From: Thermoplasmata archaeon
Lineage (GTDB): Archaea > Thermoplasmatota > Thermoplasmata > Thermoplasmatales > ARK-15
DNA: 39,126 bases
Reading direction: 5' to 3'
NCBI GenBank assembly: GCA_023261745.1
Contig: JAGDXR010000056.1
Span: forward strand, 1 to 39,126
Below the pieces are notes generated by a model. That model ran no database searches, had not been told where the DNA came from, and saw nothing but the letters and a program-made list of their open reading frames with translations. The translations under genes were made by a program, and so were the position numbers. Of the stretch, positions 1 through 9,621 are shown in pieces (within the stretch, counting starts at the first letter, position 1; each line of letters begins with the position of its first letter).

Positions 1-96
1 TCAGCCAGCCAATCGTTGCGGTTCAATGAACATCCACTCACGGGTGGAGCAGGAGGCCAGCAACAGGCTCCGAAGCTTTAGCGAGGAGTAGCTGAC
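1..96 (+). mobile_element. tnpB: Right end of an IS200/IS605-family element: last tnpB codons plus omegaRNA scaffold (truncated by the window edge)
   Basis: Frame 3 reads SQPIVAVQ-stop (TGA 27-29), resembling TnpB C-termini. It is followed by a hairpin TCCACT-CACG-GGTGGA (33-48), a subterminal hairpin CTCCGAAGCTTTAGCGAGGAG and terminal TAGCTGAC, matching the usual ...CTTTAG...GTAGTTGAC right end. Confidence 0.75.
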
Positions 97-1292
97 TAAA
101 AATTGAGGGAAATGTCCATTGTTTCTATACCTCTGAAATACCATATAATGGATGCAATAACACCCACTGACCAGAGAATCACGTTTATAATGATGAATTC
201 AAATATGGTGAAATGTGCTGATAAATAGAGCATGATTATATAAAGTGTAATAGGTATTATCCTGACTGTGGCGATACCCCTGGACCTTCTGAGAGTTTCA
301 AACAGTTCAGGTTCAAGATTGGTTCTGCTCACCCATCCAAATTCTGAAAATATCATGTTTATGAATAATATTATCAGGAAATATCCGAATTCTTTAATGA
401 ATGGCATCAGAACAATCATGGAAATTAAACCGGCTGAAAATGAAAATAACACAAATTTCTTTTTTCCCAGTTTCAGCGGGATTGTTGACAGAAAACCTCC
501 GATCGTCGCGCCTAGCATTGATACGAAGACAATAATTCCAACGTTCTCTGGATAATAATAAGGGCCTATAGCCAGTGCAAGAAGCCAGAAACTCATGTAC
601 TGGGAAATTCCAAGTAGAATGAGGACGGTATAAACCAGAGCCTTTGATGGTAAAGGTTTTTTTATTCCCTCATTCTTTATATTAAGTTCTTTTTTTAAAA
701 TTTCGGATTCATTTTCCATTCCATTTTTCTTTAACCAGAGATAGGATTCCGGTACTGAAATCCTTATCATGAGGAGAAGGATTACGCTTATCAGGGAAAT
801 TATCAAAAACGGTATCCTCTGGACATTTTCCTGAGAAAAGAAAGGCATCATGCTTATATATGCCAGGATTAATCCTCCAACATTAAACATGTTTGGGATA
901 AGAGTTAACGTATATTTTCTTTCAGATGGTTCAAAATTCTCTGAAAGTATTGCCAGGGAGGGAGGTTCCTCGCCACCAATACCGAAATTTGCCAAAGCAA
1001 GACCGATTTCAAACATTAAAAATGAAACGGAAAAATATATTACCAACGATCCAGCAGCATAAATTAATATGGTGATTATGAATATCTTTTTTCTTCCGTA
1101 AACATCTGAATAATGACCCATTATATAATTTCCAGCAAGCATAAAAACGGGTCCTGTTATAAGTGCTATGGTTGTAAATATTGGATTATTGAATATTGAC
1201 CAAGAGGTTGCCAGGGGAGCAACTGATGCAATAACTCCCCATAAGAAAAAACCACCTGAGGTTGATAGTAATATATACCATTTCCTGTTCAT
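96..1292 (-). CDS. MFS transporter (sugar porter-like)
   Basis: About 12 hydrophobic segments, motif A DVYGRKK, GIGGE, VPES and PELFET-RRSRG. The ORF track starts at TTG 1313; ATG 1292 (MNRKWY) is the more likely start. Confidence 0.85.
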   Translation of the reverse strand: MNRKWYILLSTSGGFFLWGVIASVAPLATSWSIFNNPIFTTIALITGPVFMLAGNYIMGHYSDVYGRKKIFIITILIYAAGSLVIYFSVSFLMFEIGLALANFGIGGEEPPSLAILSENFEPSERKYTLTLIPNMFNVGGLILAYISMMPFFSQENVQRIPFLIISLISVILLLMIRISVPESYLWLKKNGMENESEILKKELNIKNEGIKKPLPSKALVYTVLILLGISQYMSFWLLALAIGPYYYPENVGIIVFVSMLGATIGGFLSTIPLKLGKKKFVLFSFSAGLISMIVLMPFIKEFGYFLIILFINMIFSEFGWVSRTNLEPELFETLRRSRGIATVRIIPITLYIIMLYLSAHFTIFEFIIINVILWSVGVIASIIWYFRGIETMDISLNF

Positions 1293-1360
1293 GAATTTAA
1301 AAAAATTATTCAATATAAATTATTTTTTAAATACATATTATAATATTCAATTTTTAGATA

Positions 1361-1735
1361 TTATCTATTAATATTTTTTATATTCTCAAGGTATGTTTGT
1401 TGATATGAAATTATATCATTATATTTTGAATGGGATATAAGCAGAATAATACCCGGCAGAATTATACCGAATATGAATCCGAGAACCATGTACTGCAATG
1501 TAATATTTTTCGCCAATACATACTGTTTATTTTTTACAAATTCATTTATCTTAAGGACCTTTACTGCTGATATTATATCTATAATTCCTATGATAAGGGG
1601 AAACAGTCCTGTAAAAATGAAAATGTACATCAGACCATAAAAGATAAGAAATATACCAATTATTATAAAAATTATGGCCGATATCATATTCATTATCCTG
1701 ATGGTATCCAGATGTGGCGGGTTATATTTATACAT
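1361..1735 (-). CDS. Small hypothetical membrane protein (about 3 TM)
   Basis: 124-aa ORF with ATG start, hydrophobic segments and an AT-rich TATA-like element upstream. Confidence 0.7.
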   Translation of the reverse strand: MYKYNPPHLDTIRIMNMISAIIFIIIGIFLIFYGLMYIFIFTGLFPLIIGIIDIISAVKVLKINEFVKNKQYVLAKNITLQYMVLGFIFGIILPGIILLISHSKYNDIISYQQTYLENIKNINR

Positions 1736-1768
1736 ATTGGATTATTAATGTATTTTATATATATATAT

Positions 1769-3220
1769 TTAATTGAAGGTCTTTTTGACATCTACGGCCT
1801 TTCCCCTGTCCATATTTTCCATATCTTCATGTCCCATAAGACTTTCTCCTATTCCAATAATTTCCTCATCTTTAATTATGGTAACTATATCCCCTTTCCT
1901 TATATCTTCAGATGATTCGATTATTCCGGGCACATAAACTGTACCTTTTGGATAAAAATCAATTTTCACGTAATATATTTTATTATTATACAGAAATTCA
2001 GCCGCTTCCTTCATGGGGAATATTTTACCCAGACGCCTGTTGTATCTTAAAAAATCCTCCCTGTCCCTTATATAGATGTCTTCCTGAACAAATTTTACCT
2101 TTTTTCCATTCAGGCCAAATTTTATTCCATACTGAAATGAGGCTACCGAATCTATATCATCTGTTATTGAAGGCCTGCTACTACATCCAGATATCTCATC
2201 TTTAAACCATTCCCTGGCATTTTCAGAATGGAGGTTCCCAAAATAATATTTTATGTCATTTTCTTCAAAAAGTTCTCTGAGAAAGTTCAGATCTTCCGGC
2301 AGAAATGCATATTTTTCAGAATATTTGTTGTTTTTTATATAATCATTTAACATTTCAATGATAAATTTTTTCTCATCCTCATACCATTTACCCGTGACAG
2401 GGATGTCGTAACTGTTTGCTGGAAAAGTATTTTCCAATTCCCTTGGCACGATACCGAGAGGAGAGGTCAGTATTACTTCATGGAAATGGGCGTTTTTTGA
2501 TTCTATCAATTTTTTGAAATATCTGTGACTTTTGGAAATAGAATATGGTTTCACTGCGGAGCATGGAAGAAACAGCAGACAATTCATCCCTGAAGGTTTT
2601 CTGTACCTTTCTGTTATCCTTTTTCTCCATCTAACAATTTCAGGTCTGAAGAGACTTTCATAATGACTTGCATTCATCCAGTTTCCCTTGACTGGATAAT
2701 ATTTTTCCAGATCATCATAATAATAGAAATCCATAATCCTTAAAATCGTTTTTGAAAATGGGTTGGGTATACTTTCAACAAGTGTTCTTATTCTGTTTTC
2801 CCTTATGGCTTTAACAGAAATATCAAAATAATATTCAAACATCCCTGAATAATCATCATTCCAGAGGCCCTTAAATTTTGGAAGCATATCATCAATAATA
2901 TCTATTCCCATGTATAGAATTGCAGGTATGGTTTCTGCATAAACCGAAGAGGGTAAATAGATCAATTTATCATTATGTTTTATCCTTGCTTCCATTACCA
3001 TCTTAACAAATTTTTCTGGATCCTTGAATTTTGTAAACAGCCCTGGCAAAATCAAAACATTATTTTTTTCTATTAATTTTTCATTGATCTCAACATCATA
3101 GATCTCTTCAGGATTCAAAATTTTTCCATTTATATTTTCTTCCCTGATATACTTTGGATATATTTCATCCTCCATTTTAACAATCCTTGCCAATCCATCC
3201 CTGCTTATTAATTCCATCAT
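1769..3220 (-). CDS. arcS: Archaeosine synthase alpha subunit (ArcS), with C-terminal PUA domain
   Basis: N-terminal RDGLARI, the PCSAVKPYSISKSH motif, TSPLGIVPRELE, YDIPVTGKW, and a PUA domain (VYVPGI...IRKGDIV...G.G). Confidence 0.9.
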   Translation of the reverse strand: MMELISRDGLARIVKMEDEIYPKYIREENINGKILNPEEIYDVEINEKLIEKNNVLILPGLFTKFKDPEKFVKMVMEARIKHNDKLIYLPSSVYAETIPAILYMGIDIIDDMLPKFKGLWNDDYSGMFEYYFDISVKAIRENRIRTLVESIPNPFSKTILRIMDFYYYDDLEKYYPVKGNWMNASHYESLFRPEIVRWRKRITERYRKPSGMNCLLFLPCSAVKPYSISKSHRYFKKLIESKNAHFHEVILTSPLGIVPRELENTFPANSYDIPVTGKWYEDEKKFIIEMLNDYIKNNKYSEKYAFLPEDLNFLRELFEENDIKYYFGNLHSENAREWFKDEISGCSSRPSITDDIDSVASFQYGIKFGLNGKKVKFVQEDIYIRDREDFLRYNRRLGKIFPMKEAAEFLYNNKIYYVKIDFYPKGTVYVPGIIESSEDIRKGDIVTIIKDEEIIGIGESLMGHEDMENMDRGKAVDVKKTFN

Positions 3221-6200
3221 ATTTTCACAATGAATATATAATCTTTTGTTGGTTCAAAATAAAATTTATTTCCGCATTTTGGACAGCTTCCTGATTTTTT
3301 GGCACATTCATAATGGTAAGTCGAATTACATTTATTGCATATCAGAACCATGGAATTTCTTTCTATGGTCTTTTTGCATATTTCACATATTTCAGATCCA
3401 CTGGATTTTGATATCCTGAATCCCCTGTCAATCAAAGGCCTGAAATTTATTTCCCTTACCATTGATTTTTTATCATTTGCGGTTTCATAATATATGTTGA
3501 GAGTTAATTTATCCCCCTTAGATATCTTAGTTTTTTCAATCTTATTAATTCCATCATTTGATTTTATGATATCTATACTGAATTCAACGGGCTGTAAAGA
3601 TCCTGAAATCCTTAATTTAACATTTTTTATATCATTTTTTGAAATATTTTTTATTGAAACATTTACAGGTATATCTATCTGGCCTAAAGTTATTTTTAAA
3701 ATAATGTTCATTATAGAATCAACATGTAAGGTTTCAGTTTTTTTATTTTGTACAGTTTCTTTAGGAGGTTTAGGAGATTGAATTACAGCGGGCTGAGGGT
3801 TCTTAGCCTGAGTGGTTTTTAATTGCTGATTTGAAATCTGTACAGGAGGTTCTGGAACTGTTTTTTTAGGCATTTCTATTTTTTGCTGGCTCTGCAATAC
3901 GGGTTTAACAGCCTGAGTGGACATTTCAGCCTGTTTTGTTATCTGATCTGCGCTCTGAGAAACTTTTTGTTGAACTTTCGTTTCCACGATCCCTTTCTTT
4001 TCAGGCATATTTTTTACAGGAGGATTTTCCTTAAAATTCAGAGAATTTTCAATCTTATCCAGCATGTTCTTAATGTAAGAATAACCTGCGCTAAAATCAA
4101 TGTTATTCAAAATCTTCTTCTCTTCAAAAACATCTATATTTTTTCTGTCTAATTCATCTATTCTTTTAAGCATTTTTTCAATTCTTCCTTTGAATATATC
4201 TCTGAGAGAATTCATTATCAAAATTTCCATGTTGTATGATACGAATTTCTTTTCCAAATTCCTGAAATCTCTCTTTTCTATCAGATCTTTTAAAACCTTC
4301 AATTTTTCTGGATCCTTTATATCTTTTGATATTCTGTTAATCTTTTCATTAAGTGAATTTATGATATCCTCCAATATTTTGGTTCTGTATTTTTCTGTTG
4401 ATGCATTCAATTCAGTAGGTGGAATTATCCCGATGTTGAGACTGTAATTCAGGGTGTTTTGGATTGCTGCATCTGGTTCAGGATGATATATCATATCTCT
4501 GGAAATTGAAACAAAAACATCCTTTACATAATCCATTACATATTTCACATATTCTTTATAATTTTTGTATTCAACCAGTGAAAATATGTCGGCTATCATC
4601 TGATATTTCTTATTTCCCCATAGATATAGCATATATGCAGAATCTTCTGATGAAGTCTTAACATATTTAGATATATATGTTATCGAATCCAGCCTTGATT
4701 TTAATATATTGAATAATTTTAGGTTAACAGTCCTTTCAAGTTCACCGTTTGTTTGTTTGAATTCTATTATAAGATAATTGAGATTTTCAACATCCTCAAG
4801 TTTTAGGAGGGATGTTATTATATTAGATGAAAGTTCATTTAATTTATTGTATATCTCATCAATATTTTCATTCAGAATTCTTGACAATGAATATATATAT
4901 TTAGATGTGATCTGAGAAGCTCCTATTATTTTCTCTATTGAAACATTGACATGATCTATCGTATATTCTAAAATTTCTATTGACTCATCTATCTTTCCGT
5001 TTTGGAATGAATTCCGTGCCTCCTGATACATTTTAACAGCCTTATCCACCTTGGCACCAATGGATGTTGCGATATTTATTTTTATTTTCAGTGTCTCAAT
5101 ATAATCCTTTATTATTTTGATTTTCTTTGAAAGTTCCTCAAATTTATCTAGCATATCTGACATTTCGATTATTGATGCTGTATATTTCCCCCTGTTCAAA
5201 AGCTGATTGATCCTTTCAAAACTGACCAGAAAATCTTTGGGTGGCTGTGACTGGAATCTTGTTATGGCCTCCTTCATCCTCATGAAAAGTTTTTCTGATA
5301 CATCGGTAAGCATCTCCACATCCTTGATATTTTCCAGAGCCTCCAGTGCCTGTTTAAATGAATCCAGAGGATTATCATATCTGAGCGTTCTTTTTGCAGA
5401 TGAAATCAAACCTTCTGCAATTATGGTATTCATTGTATTCTTCTTTTCATTAATCTTCTTTTCAACGTTATCAACAAAATCCTTTACTATTTTTGTAATC
5501 TCATCATTGACTGTCAGGTAATTTGTTCTGTAATAATCCTTGAATTTCTGCAGATCACCATTTTTAAGTAATTCTTCAAGGTTTTTAATAAATTCGTATG
5601 TCTTTGGAAGATCCAGCCCCACATTTTTGAAAAATGAAATTTTTACATAAATATCTTCCAGCATTTTTTTGGCACTGTCATATTCAACCGAAATTTTTTC
5701 TATTTCATTATTGATCTTTTTGAGACTATTGTATGCAGTCAGATAATCTCCCTTGCTGTAAAAATCAATGCTTTTATTCAGGTCATCAATTAAATATTCT
5801 ATTTTATATTTATTAAGTTTTATCTTGATATCCATAATAGAATTAAACACATGGTTTCTGAATTCAATCAATTTTCCTTCTACATTATCATATAGAATTT
5901 CGATATCCTTCAAATCATTTCTGTTTATCTGGAGGTCATTTGCCATATCAGCATATAATCCGGTTGATGAAATTATTTCTTTTAAAATCTTTATTATTTC
6001 TTCAAGATTTTTGAATGAATTCTGCGAAATAATATAATTGAATTCTTCCATTATTCTGTCAAGGCTATTGATTATATTTTCCCCAGAATATTTTGACAAA
6101 ACTGAATTATATTTATCATCATCATTCAGAATCTTTTTTATCCTTTTATCCAGCAGGGATTGTGTACTCAGGTATGTGAAAGAATTCTCAAATATATCCA

Positions 6201-8223
6201 TGAAAATGTTTTCGGAATCGATTATCTGCTGAAGTGTTGATATTGTTATCTCAGATTCCTTTTTTGCATCATTCAACACGGTCTCAAGATTTTTATAATC
6301 TATATTTATATTATTATCTTTTAAGACGTTGATCAGTTTTTCAAAATAAACTATTCTTTTCCCGACAATATCCCTGATATCTCTGTTCAATTCTGAAAAT
6401 ATTATATTTAAATACTTTTTTTTAAGTTCCTCGTTTATATCCGATTCATATATTTCATCGAATTTTTTAGAGTGATCCCCCATTTCAAAACTGAGTTTGT
6501 TTAAAGTTTCAAGCACATTTTTTATCTTGACATAATATTCTGACAATTTCTGCAATTTTATAGAATTTTTGATTTTTATGTATTCATCAAGCAACAATTT
6601 TGCGGAATCAAAATCCATTCTTTCTATATCATTTAATATATCATTCTTGATTTTTTCAAATTTTTCCAACATCACATTCAGAGAATTCTTATCTTCAATT
6701 TCATTCAGGGATTCATTGAATTTTTCTGCAAATTCTTTTCTGAGAATATCAATAAAATCCTTTAAATTCTTCAGAAAATCGAAGGGTTTGTATGAAGAAA
6801 TGATATTAAGCTTTGCAGCGGAATTTTCTAGATTTAATCCATTCTGGTTCAAATAAATTATAAAATTCTTTATTTTTGAAACGAGTGAATCCCTGCCATT
6901 CATGGCCTTTTCATTGATATTCTGTATAAAATCTTCAAGAATTTTTTTGGCATTTTCTGGATCTGATATTATCTTTTCATCTATATTTTTAAGATTGCTT
7001 TTGTCAATCTCCACATTAAGAAATTTGAGATATGCAATATTCGAATTTAATTCATCCAGCTGTTGTTTTAATTTTTTCTTTAATTCGATTACATTTCCTG
7101 TCCTCTTTTCCATTTCAAATAATACTTCCAGAGCCTCATCCAGCTCCCTGTTTTCAAGCAAGTTTTTGGCCTTATTCAACTGAGTAACCAAATCCTTTAC
7201 ATTTTCACCCTGTTTCATGAGGTCGAGTATTTTTCTGGAAAGCTCACTTACCCTCTCTGTAATGATCTTTATTTTTTCCGATGAAAGTTTAGATGTCAGA
7301 TCCTTAATCAAACTCAGGGAATTTGCATAATCCCCGCTGTTGATCGAAAGAAAAATTTCCTGCAACTTATCTTCATAATTGGAAGGATTGATTCCGAATT
7401 TTTCAGAATTTTTTATTGTTGTGGAAAGATTCTTTACCATCTCTGTGAGGATCCTTACAAGCTGTTCTTCAATTCTGATGTTAAAGGAATCCAGTTCTTC
7501 AATTGCCTCTATGTGCCGATTTTTCTGAATGAGATCATTAACCTTTTTTTGCTCTATTGTAAATATACTAATGTTCGGAGATATTCTACGATATATTTCT
7601 TGAAGATTGACCATCTTTTCTATCTTTTTGGATACAAGATCTGCAACATACTGATAAACAAGCAATTTAAAATCATTCAATACATTAAGGGAATATTCAT
7701 TTATATCTATCAGTTTTGAGATTAGATTTCCCGCCCTTTCAATAAATTCATTACTCAAATTTTTTGGCAATTTCTGCATTATCTCTTCAATCTTTTTATT
7801 GATCAGAGTTATTGAATCTTTGAGAATCTCATCTTTTATTTCCTTTAGATTTTCAGCTGAATATATTTTCTGCAATTTTGCATTTAAATCCGATACATCA
7901 ATTTCAAGAGATCTCAATGATTCAATGTACTTCTCAATAATTTTCTTATTTTCTTCTATTGTGGATGTAAGAGATTTATTTAACAGTTCTTTCAATTTTA
8001 TATAAACATCATAGGCCTCTATGAACTTTTTATCATCATATAATTTTTTTACCTCATCATATAAATTTTTCATTTCGTCATTTAAGATTTTATTATTTTC
8101 CAATAATTTTATACTTGCATCTATTGATGGCATCTCTTTATCGAGTATATCCTTCTTCTGCCGCATCTCTTTTGTCTTTTCTTCAAGTTCCTTGGATATC
8201 TTGTACGGACTTATTCCCACCAA
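3217..8223 (-). CDS. Giant (1668 aa) cytoplasmic helical-repeat protein with Pro/Gln-rich linker, Ig-like beta domain and C-terminal C4HC3 RING/PHD-like zinc finger
   Basis: Long uninterrupted ORF with a GGAGG SD before TTG/GTG and an ATGA overlap with arcS. It has repeated amphipathic helices and ends with CEIC-x12-CNKC-x4-HYEC-x6-CPKC at aa 1613-1650. Confidence 0.8.
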   Translation of the reverse strand: MVGISPYKISKELEEKTKEMRQKKDILDKEMPSIDASIKLLENNKILNDEMKNLYDEVKKLYDDKKFIEAYDVYIKLKELLNKSLTSTIEENKKIIEKYIESLRSLEIDVSDLNAKLQKIYSAENLKEIKDEILKDSITLINKKIEEIMQKLPKNLSNEFIERAGNLISKLIDINEYSLNVLNDFKLLVYQYVADLVSKKIEKMVNLQEIYRRISPNISIFTIEQKKVNDLIQKNRHIEAIEELDSFNIRIEEQLVRILTEMVKNLSTTIKNSEKFGINPSNYEDKLQEIFLSINSGDYANSLSLIKDLTSKLSSEKIKIITERVSELSRKILDLMKQGENVKDLVTQLNKAKNLLENRELDEALEVLFEMEKRTGNVIELKKKLKQQLDELNSNIAYLKFLNVEIDKSNLKNIDEKIISDPENAKKILEDFIQNINEKAMNGRDSLVSKIKNFIIYLNQNGLNLENSAAKLNIISSYKPFDFLKNLKDFIDILRKEFAEKFNESLNEIEDKNSLNVMLEKFEKIKNDILNDIERMDFDSAKLLLDEYIKIKNSIKLQKLSEYYVKIKNVLETLNKLSFEMGDHSKKFDEIYESDINEELKKKYLNIIFSELNRDIRDIVGKRIVYFEKLINVLKDNNINIDYKNLETVLNDAKKESEITISTLQQIIDSENIFMDIFENSFTYLSTQSLLDKRIKKILNDDDKYNSVLSKYSGENIINSLDRIMEEFNYIISQNSFKNLEEIIKILKEIISSTGLYADMANDLQINRNDLKDIEILYDNVEGKLIEFRNHVFNSIMDIKIKLNKYKIEYLIDDLNKSIDFYSKGDYLTAYNSLKKINNEIEKISVEYDSAKKMLEDIYVKISFFKNVGLDLPKTYEFIKNLEELLKNGDLQKFKDYYRTNYLTVNDEITKIVKDFVDNVEKKINEKKNTMNTIIAEGLISSAKRTLRYDNPLDSFKQALEALENIKDVEMLTDVSEKLFMRMKEAITRFQSQPPKDFLVSFERINQLLNRGKYTASIIEMSDMLDKFEELSKKIKIIKDYIETLKIKINIATSIGAKVDKAVKMYQEARNSFQNGKIDESIEILEYTIDHVNVSIEKIIGASQITSKYIYSLSRILNENIDEIYNKLNELSSNIITSLLKLEDVENLNYLIIEFKQTNGELERTVNLKLFNILKSRLDSITYISKYVKTSSEDSAYMLYLWGNKKYQMIADIFSLVEYKNYKEYVKYVMDYVKDVFVSISRDMIYHPEPDAAIQNTLNYSLNIGIIPPTELNASTEKYRTKILEDIINSLNEKINRISKDIKDPEKLKVLKDLIEKRDFRNLEKKFVSYNMEILIMNSLRDIFKGRIEKMLKRIDELDRKNIDVFEEKKILNNIDFSAGYSYIKNMLDKIENSLNFKENPPVKNMPEKKGIVETKVQQKVSQSADQITKQAEMSTQAVKPVLQSQQKIEMPKKTVPEPPVQISNQQLKTTQAKNPQPAVIQSPKPPKETVQNKKTETLHVDSIMNIILKITLGQIDIPVNVSIKNISKNDIKNVKLRISGSLQPVEFSIDIIKSNDGINKIEKTKISKGDKLTLNIYYETANDKKSMVREINFRPLIDRGFRISKSSGSEICEICKKTIERNSMVLICNKCNSTYHYECAKKSGSCPKCGNKFYFEPTKDYIFIVKI

Positions 8224-8270
8224 CTTTTTTCCTCCTTTAATATGGATAATGATATCCTCATAGATATTTT

Positions 8271-8993
8271 TTATTTTTTATTGCAGAATTTTCCAAATTT
8301 TCCTATGTATGTGTGGTCCAGTAATAATACATCCATATCCTCTATATTTAAACATTTCGAAAATATCGGACCAGGAGGATCGCTAGCCAGGGACATCCCG
8401 GTATATACATTAAATGATGGTTCAACGATAATTTTTCCTCTGAACATGGGATAATATTTTCTCATCTTTTTGTTTGATTTCCCGATCAGCCATATGGCCG
8501 AATAATTTTTTCCGGATAAATTCATGATACTTATTTCAGGATGTATATGGCCCATGATCAAATATTTCGCATCATTGAGAGAATCTTCAGGCCATGTGTG
8601 ACCGTGCGTCTTGTATATATATCCATCAAGATAGCCTTTGGGAGGATATATTTCTGCATCAATAAATTTTTCAATGTTTCCATCATGATTCCCCTTTACT
8701 ATAGTGACCGAGAATTTATCATTCAAGACATCAAAAAAATTCTTAATCTTTTCCATAATAGATTTTTTTGGAATTTTTATTGAATGTTTAACATCGCCCA
8801 ATATTGTAATCCTATCGACATTCCTTTTTTCTGACATATTCATGATCCTTTTGATCATACTATCTGTGCTGTCCGGGAGTATTATACCTTTTTCAAAGAA
8901 TTCACTCTCTATTCCAATGTGCAGATCCGATATAATCAATTCCTTTTTTTCTGAATTGTAAAGGGCCCTTTCATTCATTATTATTTTGATCAT
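8271..8993 (-). CDS. Metallophosphoesterase (calcineurin-like, COG1407/ICC-like)
   Basis: Motifs SDLHIG, GDVKH, GNHD, THGH and GHIHP. Confidence 0.88.
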   Translation of the reverse strand: MIKIIMNERALYNSEKKELIISDLHIGIESEFFEKGIILPDSTDSMIKRIMNMSEKRNVDRITILGDVKHSIKIPKKSIMEKIKNFFDVLNDKFSVTIVKGNHDGNIEKFIDAEIYPPKGYLDGYIYKTHGHTWPEDSLNDAKYLIMGHIHPEISIMNLSGKNYSAIWLIGKSNKKMRKYYPMFRGKIIVEPSFNVYTGMSLASDPPGPIFSKCLNIEDMDVLLLDHTYIGKFGKFCNKK

Positions 8994-9621
8994 TTTTAAT
9001 TTTTATAAGTATTCCATCGCATAACTTTTCAATATTAATCATTTTAAGTCTGTAAATTTCATTCTCATTCATTGCAGTTTTAAGTGTGGCCATGGGTGGT
9101 GCCTCATGACCTATTATTACAGGAGCCATATATATATTTATTTCATCATAGAATTTTTTTTCAATAAACGATCCTATAACCCTGGATCCTCCTTCCACCA
9201 TCAATCTTTTTATTCCAATTCTGTAAAGATCTTCAAGAACGCACTCCAGGTCAACAATCCCTTCACCACAAATCCTTATTTCTGCATTCAATTTTTTATC
9301 TGGTACTGTTGTAGTATAAATGATTGTTTTAACCGTTCCATCCAGAACCCTGGCATTTTCCGGTATCCTCAGATGCGAATCCAACACAATCCTTACCGGA
9401 TTCCTGACCTCTTCATTTTCAATGTATTTTTTCTTTACTGTCAGTGATGGATCATCTGAAATTATAGTTCCAATACCCACCATTATTCCATCAACGGAAT
9501 TTCTTATTCTGTTTACTCTCTTCATATCCTCCTCACATGAAAGCCTAGTCTGCTCACCCGTTCCCACGGCAAGCCTCCCATCAAGACTTGATGCAAAATT
9601 TATTAATACATACGGTTTCAT
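8971..9621 (-). CDS. arfC: 2,5-diamino-6-(ribosylamino)-4(3H)-pyrimidinone 5'-phosphate reductase (RibD C-terminal/Rib7 type)
   Basis: SLDGRLA, MVGIGTIISDDPSL, PVRIVLDS and LMVEGGSRV; no deaminase domain. Confidence 0.88.
   Translation of the reverse strand: MKPYVLINFASSLDGRLAVGTGEQTRLSCEEDMKRVNRIRNSVDGIMVGIGTIISDDPSLTVKKKYIENEEVRNPVRIVLDSHLRIPENARVLDGTVKTIIYTTTVPDKKLNAEIRICGEGIVDLECVLEDLYRIGIKRLMVEGGSRVIGSFIEKKFYDEINIYMAPVIIGHEAPPMATLKTAMNENEIYRLKMINIEKLCDGILIKIKNDQNNNE

Noticed and set aside
3217-8223. Giant protein as SMC or a second Rad50
   Set aside because: No Walker A/B, signature motif or hinge; the Cys motifs are terminal, not a central hook.
3494-8454. Many plus-strand ORFs antisense to the giant gene (likewise opposite rad50, herA, truD and tuf)
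   Set aside because: They are Phe/Ser/Ile-rich shadows of Lys/Glu-rich real genes and have no motifs.
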